A stretch of DNA of 64,000 nucleotides, from positions 10,540,001 through 10,604,000 of the forward strand of contig JAQFVV010000007.1 in the NCBI GenBank assembly GCA_028023455.1. The letters run 5' to 3'. The notes below the pieces were generated by a model. That model ran no database searches and was not told where the DNA came from. It worked only from the letters and a program-made list of their open reading frames with translations. The translations under genes and the position numbers were made by a program. Shown in pieces: positions 40,286 through 53,800 of this stretch (its first letter is position 1; each line of letters begins with the position of its first letter). The DNA is from Epiperipatus broadwayi (lineage: Eukaryota > Animalia > Onychophora).

Positions 40286-43200
40286 TGATATATGTGTACA
40301 TGCAAGAATGGTTGTAGTTCTTGAATGTATTTAAATTTTAAAGGGTATAAAAACAAAGTATTTAAGTACGTTTATTATTATTTGTAATAAAAGATTAACT
40401 ATAATGAGAACTTAAAAATAAATAAAATAAAATCATTTATTTTAATATTTACAATATAAATATTTATTTGTAAAATAATGTATTTTATTTTATTAATTAA
40501 GGTAATAGAAACTTTAAATATTTTAAAAATATTATTCTGTCATTTTAAATAATTTTATTACAAATTTGGTGCTATAAATTCTTAAAATTTCCAAAGATCC
40601 CTTACTTCATACTGTATCCTGGCAACAATACTAAAATTTTCCCATAGAAAACCAAAAGACTGAAATTTTTGAATGAAAAAAATGATATCATTAATCACAT
40701 GACACAAGTCTATAAATTCACCTATGTGTTGAGAATTTTTAGTCTTCTTTATTAATTAATTGTAAGTGAACTGTATTGGAATTAAATTTACGTTAGCTGT
40801 ATTGAACATTGCAGTACAATGATAATGGAATAGATAACTGGATAAACATTTGCCTTGTTGGCAAATGCACCTCAAAATTATGTTTAATGGACAATTAAAT
40901 ATCAAACTATATTTACCATTTTGTAATGCACTTTAAATAAAACATAATTTTAAAACATGGATTTAAATACAAAATTTAAAAACTAGTTTAGGAATGCTAC
41001 TTTTGTTTAAACCATATTACACAATTATCTATTCACCAAATATGGGCTTGATGTTATAATTATTACAGCATCCTAAAATTTTCTGCATAAACACGTATGT
41101 ATTGGACAATTATCATTAAAGTGAATTTTAACTAGTGAATTTTATCTTTGTCTAAAAAACTATTTTTATATTGGATAATTATTGTTAAAATGAATATTTT
41201 TAATTAATGGATTTATCTTCATGACTATTTAAAGAAAAGTTATAATTAACAAATAGCATCCTTTAAGAGATTAATAACTAAAAGAAGGTATTGTGATTCT
41301 CTGGGGAATAATTGAAATTTATTATTAGTAAATTCAAAGGATAATTTATTTTATCCTATACTTATGAAATAAAAGAAGTTATTGTGATTTTGGAATATTT
41401 TAAACTCACTATTATTAGATTGTATTTTAAAGCTCTAACTTTGTTACTAATTATTGTATTATAAGAATTAAAATTTGTTTCACTCATTTATTTGAATTTT
41501 ACAACTCAAAACATTGAATAATTTAAAGTCTTTCAAATATTTTGACAAACTTCTACCAAAATAAATATGTTGAACTTTTTAAAAAACTGAATTATTTTTA
41601 AATTATAAGGAATACTATATTCCTCATGTTTGTTTACCTGTTATAATATCTAGAGTTATCTTGTTCAGTAGAAAGATCTCATAAGAAGCAATGTATAATG
41701 AAAGAATATACAGGAAGTTTATTCATATTTATAATTTCAATTTAGTATAAGTGTGTGCTAATGATTATTTTTACTATTGAGACTGGTTGCTTATATTTAA
41801 AGTTAAATTAATAACTATTTATAGTTAAGATATAATATTTAATATTTTATATGTTTTATTGATCTATTAATTTAATCCTGCATTTCTATAATTAAAGTTA
41901 TTTAAAGTATATAGTTTAAATATTATAAATACAAACTTTTATATTTATCCATATGGATACCTCAAAATTTTATAATGATTATCTTGCATATGCATTTATA
42001 CTCATGGCACTGTTTCTTATATAAATATTATTGTTCAGTTGAGTTAAACTCATGAGAAATATTGTATTTACATTTTATTCAAAGTTGTAATTATAAATTT
42101 ATTAAATCCATATTGTGGTTAAACACCTGTAGAGGTCTCTGCTATTGCATTTTACATGCATATTCTTGAGGTTACAGCATTGATAAATATTACTTACATT
42201 TTATTCATAATGTGAGCTTGATAAGCATCTTATGGAATGCCATTAATACCTATTAGAATCAGGTTAATTAAAAGAATAATATTATAGGTTGGATTATTGA
42301 TTTACTCTTTTATAAAATACATAAGCTTATAAATCAAATATCTAAAGAAAACAGATATTATTTAATTAATGATGCAATAAAACATTTTTTTCTTACTTGC
42401 AATTAAATCTTTTAAATAGTATTTAAAATTTTGTATAACAAAGTGTTTTGTTTTACATTATGTCAAGATATACCACACATCAAGTATTAATAGAAGATAT
42501 TTTTTGTATTAAAGACATCACAAGAATATTTATAATCATTGCAGAGAACTTGTTCTTCTTGTTATTTTGTTTATTTAAAAATTTTTTATTACTTTTTGTT
42601 AATAAATTAATTATATATTTTGTTAATTATGTAGTCTTTGTTGTTAATTAGTTAATACTTACCATATACTAATTTTTATAAATAAATATGGTCATATGAT
42701 TTTATAATTATTATATATTATTTAAAAGACACTGTTTTATGAGAAATGTTATTTATTATTTTTATACACTTACACTATCTTCATTTTCACTTTAATATTT
42801 ACTTTCTTAACCCTTACACACTCTGTTAATATTCTGACAGTTTTGTTTGTTCTCATTAGATTTAGAATTTTAACTTTCATTTTGTTATTAAACCATTATT
42901 ATTTATCAGAATATAATAAATTTGACCTCATTCATTTGATATTTTTGTTTAGAAATTAAATAAATTTCAAAAAATCATATTTGATTTGAGAATTATTTTT
43001 AAAATTAGATTTTAATAAAAAAAAAACTTTTCCACATCATCAATTTTCAGGTAGAGTCCATTCATTTTGCAAAATGAACAAAATCTTTTTTGTTTGATGT
43101 TTGTTTAAAAAACCTGAATGAATTATTTTTAATAATTACTAAATATATCAAATTAAGCTTTAAAAATTTATATATTTTTTTATACTTTTTATTTTATTGC

Positions 43201-44228
43201 TGAGTGATCTCATTTATAGATAGCTGTGTTTCCTTTGTTTATAATCTCTATAGTAACAATATTCAGAAGAATATATTCTTTTATATTTTAAAATAAAACA
43301 TTTCTATAAAAATAAATATGTAATATAAAAATAAATATGTAATAATATTTATTTTTCATTTTTAATAATTATTACACAATTACAATATAAATATAATCAT
43401 AAATTTTCCAAAAAATCAAGCTTTTAGGCCATCACAATATTTATTCAACCATTGTAGCATTTCTTCAAAAAGTATGCTCTCAAAGTTTGAGATTGCCAAA
43501 TATACAATGACTACTCATCATAGTGGGGTTTCAATTACTTTCAAATACTGATTATTCAATTTTCATGACATCTTTTGAATTTTTTTGAAATTAAAATATT
43601 GGAAAATAAATATATAAAAAATTTTAAAGTTATAAAAATAAGCTCCACAAAATTTTTTTTAGCAGAGAGCATAAAGCACAAATTTAACTTTTAGAAATCT
43701 CAGGTGTTGCTTTATTTGCTTGAAATATGAATAGGTTAAGATATTAATTAAATTCAATAAAATGCCCATTGCTATTTAATTATACCAATAATAATAATTT
43801 ATAATTTTAAAGATTTAACATTTTAAGAAGAGTATTTACTATAATCCTGAAATAACTTAAAATCAAATTTATGTAATAAGAAAGCTTAGAACAAACTTGT
43901 TAGCCCAAATATATAAATATTAGAGGATTTACTTATTCTTGCAAATCCACAGTTATACTTTAAGCTATAATAAAACTCTGAGATATTATTGTGATTATTT
44001 ATAAATACACATCTGTATAATGATTCATTGAAATAAACATTGGTTTATTATAAAGAGTCTCATAAAGTGACCATCCAAATGTCTAATAAGGTTAAACTCG
44101 AATTTACTTGATCAGTATTTGGTCAGAGTTGTTCTTATTGTATTTTTGGGTCAGTTACAATACACATATGTAAATATTAGTAAAAATGCTGTAGTCCTAT
44201 GCTTATAGAGGTATGAATTCACCTACAC

Positions 44229-44871
44229 CAGCGGTTCTCAACCTGTGGGTCATGATCTCTTTCAGGGACAAACAACCCTTTCACAGGGGTCATCTAGACC
44301 AGGGGTGTCCAACAAGTCAATCGTGATCTACCCGTCGATTGCAAAGCCATTTTTGGTCAATCGCAAGGCCTATCTGGAAAAAGCTGTTGGGTAATGAGTG
44401 AAACAAATTAAGACAAGATTTTCAATTGTTTTTTGTTTTTGTTCTAATTTTTTTTTCAATTATAGATAGGTGAAGTCCACTAAGTTGTATCATTATTAAA
44501 AATAATATTTTTAATCTTGATTTAATATAGCTAATTTGAATTAATAAATACTAATTCCCCCGAACATGAGTTTTTTGGCCCATTAAATAATTATTTTTTA
44601 CTAAGTAGATATATAAAAAAGGTATGTATTTCATACCTCCCTCCACTTATGCCTATGTCAAGTCGATCGCCTATGACAACAAGTAGATTGCAAAACATTT
44701 TAAAAATAAAAAGTAGATCTTATGAATACAAAAGTTGGCCACCCCTGACCTAGACCACTGGAAAACACATATTTTTAATTCATAACAGTAGCAAAATTAA
44801 AGGTTGGGATCCACCACAACATAAAGAACTGTATTAAAGAGTCATGGCATTAGAAAGGTTGAGAGACACTG
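44229..44871. mobile_element. SPIN/URR1-like hAT MITE, interrupted by a nested MITE
   Basis: TIR cagcggttctcaacct...aggttgagagacactg; perfect 8-bp TSD acctacac (44221-44228, 44872-44879). Internal sequence matches my recollection of the URR1/SPIN non-autonomous consensus. Confidence 0.85.
44300..44747. mobile_element. Nested hAT MITE
   Basis: TIR caggggtgtccaac/gttggccacccctg; 8-bp TSD atctagac/acctagac; subterminal gtcgatcgc/gtagat repeats. Confidence 0.9.
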
Positions 44872-44999
44872 ACCTACACTTATTTGACTAAACAAAATGA
44901 ACATCACATTTTTATTTTTCAAACTAGAATAACTAGTTCATCATTTATTACTTATTAGTTAACTGATTTGGGGCTGTATATATTAATAGATGGGATGAT

Positions 45000-45185
45000 A
45001 ATAAATGAACATTTAAAGTTTTAAATTGGGTCTAAAAGATTGTAAAAAGGTCTAGAATGAGACTACATCTGAGATGGGTGGACAAAATAAGATTTATTTG
45101 TGTGATATGGAGAAGAGAGGCTAAGAATTGCAGAAAATTTCCATTTGCAGTGGATTGAGAATAATTGATCATGATAATGATGATT
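45000..45185 (+). mobile_element. RTE 3'-end fragment
   Basis: Resembles 40100-40287; ends gcagtggattgagaataattgatcatgataatgatga. Confidence 0.7.
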
Positions 45186-45759
45186 TAACAGGACAGCTTG
45201 AGTATAGGTCAATCTCTAATAGAAAAACATTATACTTTAGCAAAAGCTGACATCACCTTGAGAAAATCCCAAATGTGCTTTTATTGCAGGTGTGTATATA
45301 TTTTAATTGTAATATTGAACAAGTTAATTCATCATCAATTGCTTTTGTAATAAGAAATTTAAAAATGCAACCATCCACAATTTTGATGAATGCATATAAA
45401 ATTGCTTAATATATGTATTTTGAAACACCTACCATTTGTAAAAAAAAAAAAAACGATATAGTACTGGTTAAGTACTATTTTTAAGTTGATAAAATTTTTC
45501 AAATGCATTTAGGATGTTTTCAGATAGGTAGATTATGTTCTCACTCAAATCCTGTTCAATATTTATCCAATAAATGAAAATTTAATTGATTTTAAATAAA
45601 GGCAACAATCAAAGATTATTTGAACTGATGATAGTGAATGTTAGCACATTGATTAGAAAGTAATGATAATGGTTATATAATAAAGCCTTAATTTAATTTT
45701 TTTCTGTTTTTCTTTGTCTGATGGTTTTCTCAAAAGAAGAAAATAAAGGCTTTTAATCA

Positions 45760-46325
45760 TGAACGGTCAGCTTATTAACACAGTTTGATATATAGGGTAC
45801 GAAATGAATCCTAGAATTAAACTTTAATGAAATGGTTTTTGTAGAAATAACTTACTAATAAAAGACATCTGGGAAGATTTTTAATAGATGCATTTTTAGA
45901 TTGATCTTTGTAGATCTGAAACTTTGATGAATAACAAAAGAGAAATAAAGAAATTTCAAACTATAACAAGATATGAAAAAATGTATAATGGAATAATAGG
46001 AAGAAATTAAAATGAAATACACTAGTAAGAAAATAAAGACGTATGACTGATATGATTAAAAAAATAAAGGAACTAAAATGGAGCTCATCTGGTCATATCT
46101 CCAGAAGAATAATAACAGATGGACAGTTGATGTTTTAAATTTGATTCCAAAAAATTTAAAAAGTCCTACAAAAAGACTATATGTAAGATGGGTGAAAACA
46201 TAAGGAGAGCTGCTATTGTGATGTGGAGAAAAGGACTATGAATTGGAGACCCTGAATTAAATTTGAAAAGACATTTATTTATAAAGTTGAAATGATAACA
46301 GTCAAAAATGATGATGATGCTACTA
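45760..46325 (+). mobile_element. Older decayed RTE 3' fragment
   Basis: aactaaaatggagctcatctggtcatatctccagaaga (LKWSWAGH-like) and a tgatgatgatg tail. Confidence 0.7.
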
Positions 46326-46599
46326 ATGAAAAAAATATGATTTATCTTGGAGACTATTATTTACTTTTAGTTGTTCTACTGTGGATATTAAGAGAAGTAG
46401 CAATAATAAAGACTTGCCCAAAAGATATTCCAGGATAATTTGCAAATACTTAAAAATGATCATATTCATTAACATAGATTTTTATTATTAAAACTTTTTA
46501 TTCCAACTTATCATGACATATTGGCTTTTTATGCATATGACAGGATTAATTTTTCAAAGTAATATTAAATTATATAATAATAACAGAAAATATTACCAT

Positions 46600-47940
46600 A
46601 TTTAAAATTTAATATGCACTACCCCCTCCCCCTCATTTTTGGACCAATAAAAGAGGGGTGAATCTTAAATTTGGAACAAAAATTTTTAATATCATATTTC
46701 AGCAGATCTTTATGGTATACATTCACATAGTATTATGATTGATATTTTTGTGCAAAATAGCATGTAAAATCTTTTTTAATCAAAAGAAAAAAAAGTTTTA
46801 TTAAATGTCAATATTTTTGGGATTAATTTTGTAAACAGCATTAACACACACACACACACACTCTCTCTCTCTCTCTCTCTCACTCTCTCTCTCTCTCTCT
46901 CTCTCAAACTGCTGCTTTTAATGCTATTTTGCTGATTTTATTATTATTTTATCAAGAAAACTGTACCAAATAACCTTTGGAATTTTTTATAACTATTACC
47001 ATTAAATCAATAAGATTTATTTTGAGAACATATGTTTTAGATTCTTTTAGAATTATTTTTTCAATTGTATCATTATTTTATCTGTAAGATTTAAATTTAA
47101 AATTATAACAATGTGATAAAAAGTTCTCATCCAAAATGCTGATTGGTTGTGTCTTGTTCTCTATAAAGAGATTATTTGTCAACAATTTTGACAATTCCAC
47201 TATTTTTGTTTTGAATTTCAAAGTGACAACATATGATTTATATTCTTTTTTAAACATTGGTAAATATTTTCTAGAAAATTTGTAAAAATATTAATTATTT
47301 TATAACAATGATTTAAATTTTAATACAAAATTTGCTTTTATATGAAAGTAAATTGACAAGAAATTATAATGTTCAGCTGCAATTTGCTGTATAATTAGAT
47401 GACATTAAGCTTAAAGTAAAAAAAAACAAACTGTGATATGATAATATCAGAAGGTATGACTTGTCAACTCCAATAACTGGATGTGTCTGTTAACAAAGCC
47501 CTTACAGATAGAATGATAACACATTATGAAGCATGGTTAAATAGAGAAAGTCAAGGTAAAATAAAATGAGTTTCATATTCTACAATAGTTCAGTAGATTT
47601 TGTAGTCTTGAAAAGATATTCCTAAAATATTATCAAAAAATCTTTTATAAAATGATGCGTTGCTAACTATTTACCCTCTGAACATGATGTACTCCAATAG
47701 TGAATATGAGAATTCAAGTTCTGAAGTGAGGATGTTGACAGTGAAAGTATATCTGAAAAAGATTCACAATAAATTAAGTGAGCTTAAAGTGTTTATGTCA
47801 GTTTCTATTTAAGTAAATAAAAATGTTTTTTTTTTTTTTTTTTTCAATAAAATCACCTTAAATGGTTTTTTCAATTTTTTAAATTTAAAATTCTACTGCA
47901 TTTTAAATTGGAGGGCATCTTAAATTTGAAGTAATAAAGT
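46600..47940 (+). mobile_element. Decayed pogo/Tigger-like transposon containing a (CA)n(CT)n microsatellite (46844-46905)
   Basis: IISEGMTCQLQ*LDVSVNKALTDRMITHYEAW (~47440-47540) matches the pogo DDE motif IPGGxTxxLQPLDVxxNKPFK. Confidence 0.7.
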
Positions 47941-48212
47941 TAAAATTTTATAAAAATAATAAAGTTGAGGAAATATAATCATTATCCTAACAATAAAGAA
48001 TTTAAACATTTTAAAAATTATTAATTTTAAATTTATTCATAAATTGTATATTATAGTGTGAAGTTTTAAAATAGGAATTTTTAATATTAATTTTAATTTT
48101 TATTCAACATAAAATTTCAAATCAAATCTCATATAATAGCACTTACAGATCATAATTAAATAGGTATTTTAATGTTTATTTGTTTTTTTTTTGTAAAAAA
48201 CAAAAGAATTTG

Positions 48213-48534
48213 AGGATTGCCAATTTTTCAACAAGCTTTGTGATAAATGCTTAGCTAGAGAAAGCATTTAAAATATCTCTGTCAGGATTCCCCCCTCCAA
48301 ACCTCTGACCATGGTTTAATGCTCTGGCACTCCTCAGAGAGGTGCTCTGAGGAATGCCAGAGCATTAAACCATGGTCAGAGGTTTGGAGGGGGGGATCCT
48401 GACAGAGATATTTTAAATGCTTTCTCTAGCTAAGCATTTATCACAAAGCTTGTTGAAGAATTGACAATCCTCATTGTTTATAACTTACAAGCTTACAAGA
48501 ATAGGGTCTTGTGATCTATGACTCTTATTTTGAC
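48213..48534. mobile_element. Family B head-to-head inversion forming a near-perfect ~130-bp-arm hairpin with two HHR motifs, both carrying TAAA instead of GAAA
   Basis: Arms 48211-48339 and 48345-48472 around a 5-nt loop aggtg. Possible 6-bp TSD aatttg. Confidence 0.92.
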
Positions 48535-48729
48535 AATTTGTTGGTTATATTGTAAATCCTTGAATTAAATAAAAGATTCACTTGGAGAAATTTTTTTGTC
48601 TAAGAAAATAAATATTAAATTATGTAATAGTTTATTTTGAAGAATTTACTTAATAATAACATTAATATATCTTAAGATGAAAGGGAAAACATATGTTTCT
48701 AACAAAATTTGACTAGTTTATACCCTTGT

Positions 48730-48930
48730 GTACCCCATTTCCAATCATTGTCTCTTCATTTTTAAACCAATTTATTCTGATCTTTATCATCACACACCAG
48801 CAAAGTTTTTACTGCATCCATTCATCTTATATGTTGTCTCTTTCTAGATCTTTTATAATCTCTTGGAAACTGATTTAAAATTTCAACTTTCCATGTATTA
48901 TCTCTTCTAGCATATATATGCACAAATGTT
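48730..48930 (-). mobile_element. RTE 3' remnant
   Basis: Minus strand gives ARRDNTWKVEILN..PRDYKRSRKRQHIR. Confidence 0.6.
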
Positions 48931-49014
48931 TATATGCATTCCACAAACATATACATTTATAAGGCCAATTTATTCTAGAACTGATATTTAAAAAATATAA
49001 TTATTAATATGGTA

Positions 49015-49322
49015 ATCAACCACCAAATATTACATGATCACCATTTTTTATGCTTACACAAGCTGTTTTTCACAGAGGCAAAACTTTCCATACAGTAGCA
49101 CTACCCAGTGCAAGCCTTAAAAATCAATGGATGCAGGAAAGTTTGTGCCTAAAATTCCTATCTAGTGCTCCTCACTGATGAAATCCACAAGCTAGAATCC
49201 AGTCTGGAGATATTGGATGAGTAGGCACTAGATAAGAATTTTATGTACAAATCTTTGTACATCCATTGATTATTCTGATTTGCACTGACTGCCACTATTG
49301 TATGAAAAGTTTCACTTCTGGG
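49015..49322. mobile_element. Family A inverted insertion; HHR decayed (49169-49210)
   Basis: 13-bp TSD tattaatatggta (49002-49014, 49323-49335). Confidence 0.85.
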
Positions 49323-50019
49323 TATTAATATGGTACTTATAAATTTTATTTTATTTTTATAATTTCAAAGTAATTTTAGTTTTTAAAGAATAAATTTGAA
49401 ACACTATATTAAGACAATTCATTTTACTACAATATAAATTAATATTTAAAAAATATATACCAATTCTTCTTAAAATTATCATAGAGATTTGTTTAATTTA
49501 GACGTTTAAATTTGACAAAATTCATTTGGAATGAACAACTTAAATTTAAATATTGTTTTAAAAGGTTATGCAGTATTTAATTGTGATTAAATAAAAGTTC
49601 ATTTCATTTTCTAAATATGTATATATAATTAAAGAAATTTGATTTTGAAATAGGTTTTATTTCAGAATAATTTTTTTATTGTTAATACAATAGTTTTTAT
49701 TTTTATTTTTTAATTTGTATAGTTAAAGGAATTTTTAAGTAAAAAAAAGATTGAAATATATTGTAATTTATTACTATCATTAATTTTTTGTATATAATGT
49801 AATAAAGCACAGATTTGAAAATAGTTAAAGAATAATTTTATAAGTTATTAAATTGAAAAAAGGGAAAAAAATGATCATACATTTATATACTAATTACTTA
49901 TTATGGTTTATTCAAGTTTAGCCTCTTACAGATATTTAAATTCTTCATTCTTCCATTTAAACATTTAGTAATCATATATATATATTATTGGTTATTAACT
50001 TGTTTAACTTGTGAACCCT

Positions 50020-50114
50020 CACTGGTCGAGTGGTCAGCACAGCTGCTTTACAAGCAGTTGTCCCAGGTTTGCAGGTTTGCTTCCCAGCCGATGTTTTGAC
50101 ACATGAAAAAAAAA
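50020..50114 (+). mobile_element. Copy of the tRNA-Gly-derived SINE
   Basis: tggtcgagtggtcagcacagctgctttacaagcagttgtcccaggtt..ttcccagccgatg, then tgacacatg and an A run. Confidence 0.65.
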
Positions 50115-52074
50115 GTGCTGTTGCTCTATAACTTTAAATTGTAATATTAATGTTATCCTAAATGATAAGGACCCATGTTTATTATATTAAATAGATTTTA
50201 ACATAATTTTTATTGATATCATAGTTGAAAAAAATTCTGAAAAAGTCAGAACTTTCAGACTACCACTAACATCAAAAGACATCTTTGTTATTTTGAATTA
50301 GAAAATGTCCCAAAGGTGTTTGCCTTCTTCGATATGCTTTTTTCAATCTTGAAGAATAATATAAAATGATTTTTTGCTTACATATAAAGTATTTTTGATT
50401 ATTTTTAGATAGTAATTGGTTGATTATTATAAGTATATAGATAAACTTTCAATACATTCATTGATGTTTATATTTAAAAATAGAAGTTACTAAACTTTAT
50501 AATATAAAGAAATTGACTTGCTTCTAAATACTTTTAAAATATGTTATTTTTGTAAAAAAAATTAACATTTTAAAGAAGAATTTGATGGACTTACTATAAA
50601 TCTAACTTCATTGATTAAAAAAAAAAAAACCCCAAAAATACAAAGTTAAAATAAAACAAATATGTTTTTAGTTTTAGTATTTATAAATATCTGTGATGTT
50701 TTTTATAGTACATTGTTATATTTAAGGTCAGTTTTTAATTATTTGAAATAGTCATGTGATTTTTTAGAATATTATTCGCTTATAAAACAAAAATTAAAAA
50801 AAATCAAATAGTGAATTTTAGTATAAAATTAAAGATTTTATAAAAACAAAAGGTTGAACATTTACAATTTACAATTGAAACAATAGAATATGCTAGAATG
50901 CAAAAGGGTTAAAGTTCAACTGCTTGCACTCTTATTATGAAAGATCTTAGTTATATCTTTGGTTGTATCTGCTTTTTCATATTGGATCATAGTATTATCC
51001 ACTTTTAAAAATTATTGAATGAAATATTATTTAAATTTCAGTTTTAAAATGGAACTGGGATTTTAATTGAGAATAAAAATATGTTTGAAAATTCAAAATT
51101 AAACTTATTATTAAAATTTCACAAAAAATTCTTTCATAAGAATTTATAAAACCATTCTTGTTAGCTAGTAAAAACAGTTTCCACTTTATTGTAATTACAT
51201 TTTTATGACGTATCTTTTTCAAAAAAAATATTTTAAAATACAATCTAATTGTAATCACATAGTTTCTGTGCTTTAAAATAAATATTTTACAAATATGTTG
51301 CAAAAATAAGCATAAATATGTAAACAAATTATTGAATATTATAATTTTTTTTGGTAATACTAAAACAATAAAACACACTATGAAATTCTTGGGGCCAAAT
51401 AATCCACCAATCAGTGATGCTGTTAGTTTTTTGTATTGTGATACAACCAATTAGGCATGCCAGCTCGCTTTAAGATTCATATTTATGTTGATATTGTATA
51501 AAATCTATGCAATACTGATACTTTCGGTTTATTTAAAACTAATAAATTTTAAAACCTATTTGTACACACACACACACAAAGTGCAAACCTGTATACTATT
51601 GTTATAGATAACTACAAAATAATGAAGAAAAACTGAACATAGCAGCTGAATCATAATATCTCATATGCTTTAAAATTTACAGCAATGTAACTGACTTTTC
51701 TCAGACATATTTAATATTTATTATTTATTTGATAAATAATAATTAAATCACTTATTTCTCAGGGTATCACAAGAAGTTTGAAGTCTAGAAGTTTTAGATC
51801 TAGAGGCAAAATCAGTGAAACTTAAGATGCAGATCGTGCTACTGCACTATTACATCTGTTTATATTGGGAATAGTACTTCCACATATATAAAGAGTAGTT
51901 TATTGCTCAAGGGTTTATAAAAAGTTCAAAAACTAGACATGACAACTGGAGTCAGAAACATGGGCATTGAACTTCAGATAGTTTCACTCTTCTTCTCACC
52001 AAACTACATTGGGCACAATACCTTCACATGCACCAAAGCAATTGAATGTTTTATTTCTCAGAAGTTCATAAAAA

Positions 52075-52570
52075 TCATGAGCACTGGAAGTGACAAGGTG
52101 AAATTGTGATCCATATATCTTAAGTTCCAGAATCCGCCACCCAACCAGTGCACTAAACCACAAAAGGAAAAATATTGGTCTACTGCTTTAGAGTTTCTAA
52201 AATGTTTGAGTATCAGAAGTAGATAAAGTAGTTGCATGGTTTGTGGATTTCCTCCTTCATGCTACATTCTCCCACTACAGTAATCATGCAGGACAAAAAT
52301 AAATTGAATAAATTATTATTTGAGTGTCCATAAGAAGTTTGAATGCTGAAAGTGATAGAACTGGGCATTATCCATGCTCACTGAGATCCAAAACTTGCAC
52401 CCTACCATTGCACTAAATTATATAGGGCAAAAATAAATCATACAATTATTGCTTGGAAAATCATAGTATATTTGAGTACCAGAAGTGACAGATATCAGCC
52501 ACACTCCATAGATCCAACTCAAGAATCTGCCACTCTACCACTACATTAACTCACACAGGTCATAAATAAT
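52075..52570 (-). repeat. Highly diverged ~130-bp tandem units with tRNA-like (A-box) segments
   Basis: Recurrent gag(c/t)a(c/t)cagaagtgaca ... c(c/t)acca(c/t)tgcactaa motifs at ~52080, 52210, 52340 and 52470. Confidence 0.45.
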
Positions 52571-53284
52571 AATAAGTATGAAGTAAGTTAAGTAAAACAA
52601 TTATGGTAAGTTGAGAATGATTAGGTAAGTTGAGAATGATTAGGTTAACAGTTGCTCTGAAATATTATTATGCAAGATTTTGGGCCAATAAGAGGATAGC
52701 ATCTCACAACCATCATTTCTTTTTCTTGTGCAAGTTGTTAAAGTATTTGCAATTTTCTCCATACAATGGTGCTATCTAGTGGAAGATATAGTAATAAATA
52801 GATATCATATGGTTTATGCATTTAAATCATTATCTAATGTTTATTTATCCAATATCCCCAGAAAAGTTTCTACCTTATAGTTATCATCCTTGAGAAACCC
52901 TGTGGTTTCTATTGATTGTTATAGATTGCAGTAGATTGTTTTATTGCATGGACAGAGTTGCTACTATAATAAGTGGACAGGATGGTGGAGAATTTAAATT
53001 TATATATGAGGAATATAAAATGTAATTGAAGAAGAATAAGAGATAATTTGTCCAATGATAGTTGACAACTTGGAATATAAATAATATGAAAAGTTTTTGA
53101 AGAAAAACAAAAGAATATTTGCCCATTGTTAATTGATAATTTGGAATATTATAGTGAAAGAAGGAAGAAAAAATGTAGCAAATTATAGATTTGAATAAAC
53201 TCTGAGTGATTTGAAAGACTCATTAATATCAGTAGGAAAAATAATATAATTATAAACAATTGTTTAGTAAACAGAGAATTTGTT

Positions 53285-53347
53285 ATTTGGATTGAACTTG
53301 GAGAGACCTTCATCTTGCAGTGGATTGATAATGGTTGATGATGATGA
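53285..53347 (+). mobile_element. RTE 3' tail fragment
   Basis: ggagagaccttcatcttgcagtggattgataatggttgatgatgatg matches the end of the 37068 element. Confidence 0.8.
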
Positions 53348-53399
53348 AGCAATCTGTTCTGAGAAAAACACATGGATGCATGCAATCTAATGGAAGTGT

Positions 53400-53800
53400 C
53401 AAATTTGCTGTTTCAAATAGATGGTGAGTTAAATTCAATGTCAAAATGCTGCTGATTTTTTTTTATTCAAATGATCTTGTTCATTCAAAATACTTTTGTA
53501 ATGATAAGATCTTTTATCTCAAGTTCTGATCAGTTTCTATGATGTGATTAAATAAAAACATCCTGATTTGTGACAAAATGAGGAGTACCAGCTTCACCAC
53601 AACAATGTGCCAGTGTACAAAATCTTGAGGGTGATACAATATTTAATTAAAAATACCATGACCCAATTTATCTATTAGCCATATTCACCTGATCTTATTT
53701 TATGAAAACTTCATTTTGTTTCTCTGAATGAAAAAATGCCTCAAAAGAAAAAAAATGTTGTATTGGAAATGAAGAAAAAAAAAAGGAAATCATTAAAAAG
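53400..53800 (+). pseudogene. Mariner transposase catalytic-domain remnant
   Basis: QLHHNNVPVYK...QYLIKNTM..*PYSPDL matches the mariner motifs LHHDNAPAH and PYSPDLAP. Confidence 0.75.

Larger units (their letters stand above)
37068..40287 (+). mobile_element. Full-length RTE-clade non-LTR retrotransposon
   Basis: 10-bp TSD atatatgtgt (37058-37067 and 40288-40297); 5' UTR; APE plus RT reading frame; short tgatga tail. Confidence 0.97.

Noticed and set aside
45620-45670. CTGATGA...GAAA outside known repeats
   Set aside because: No convincing stem I, II or III pairing; likely chance. The same applies to CTGATGA at ~19656, ~36191 and ~59545.
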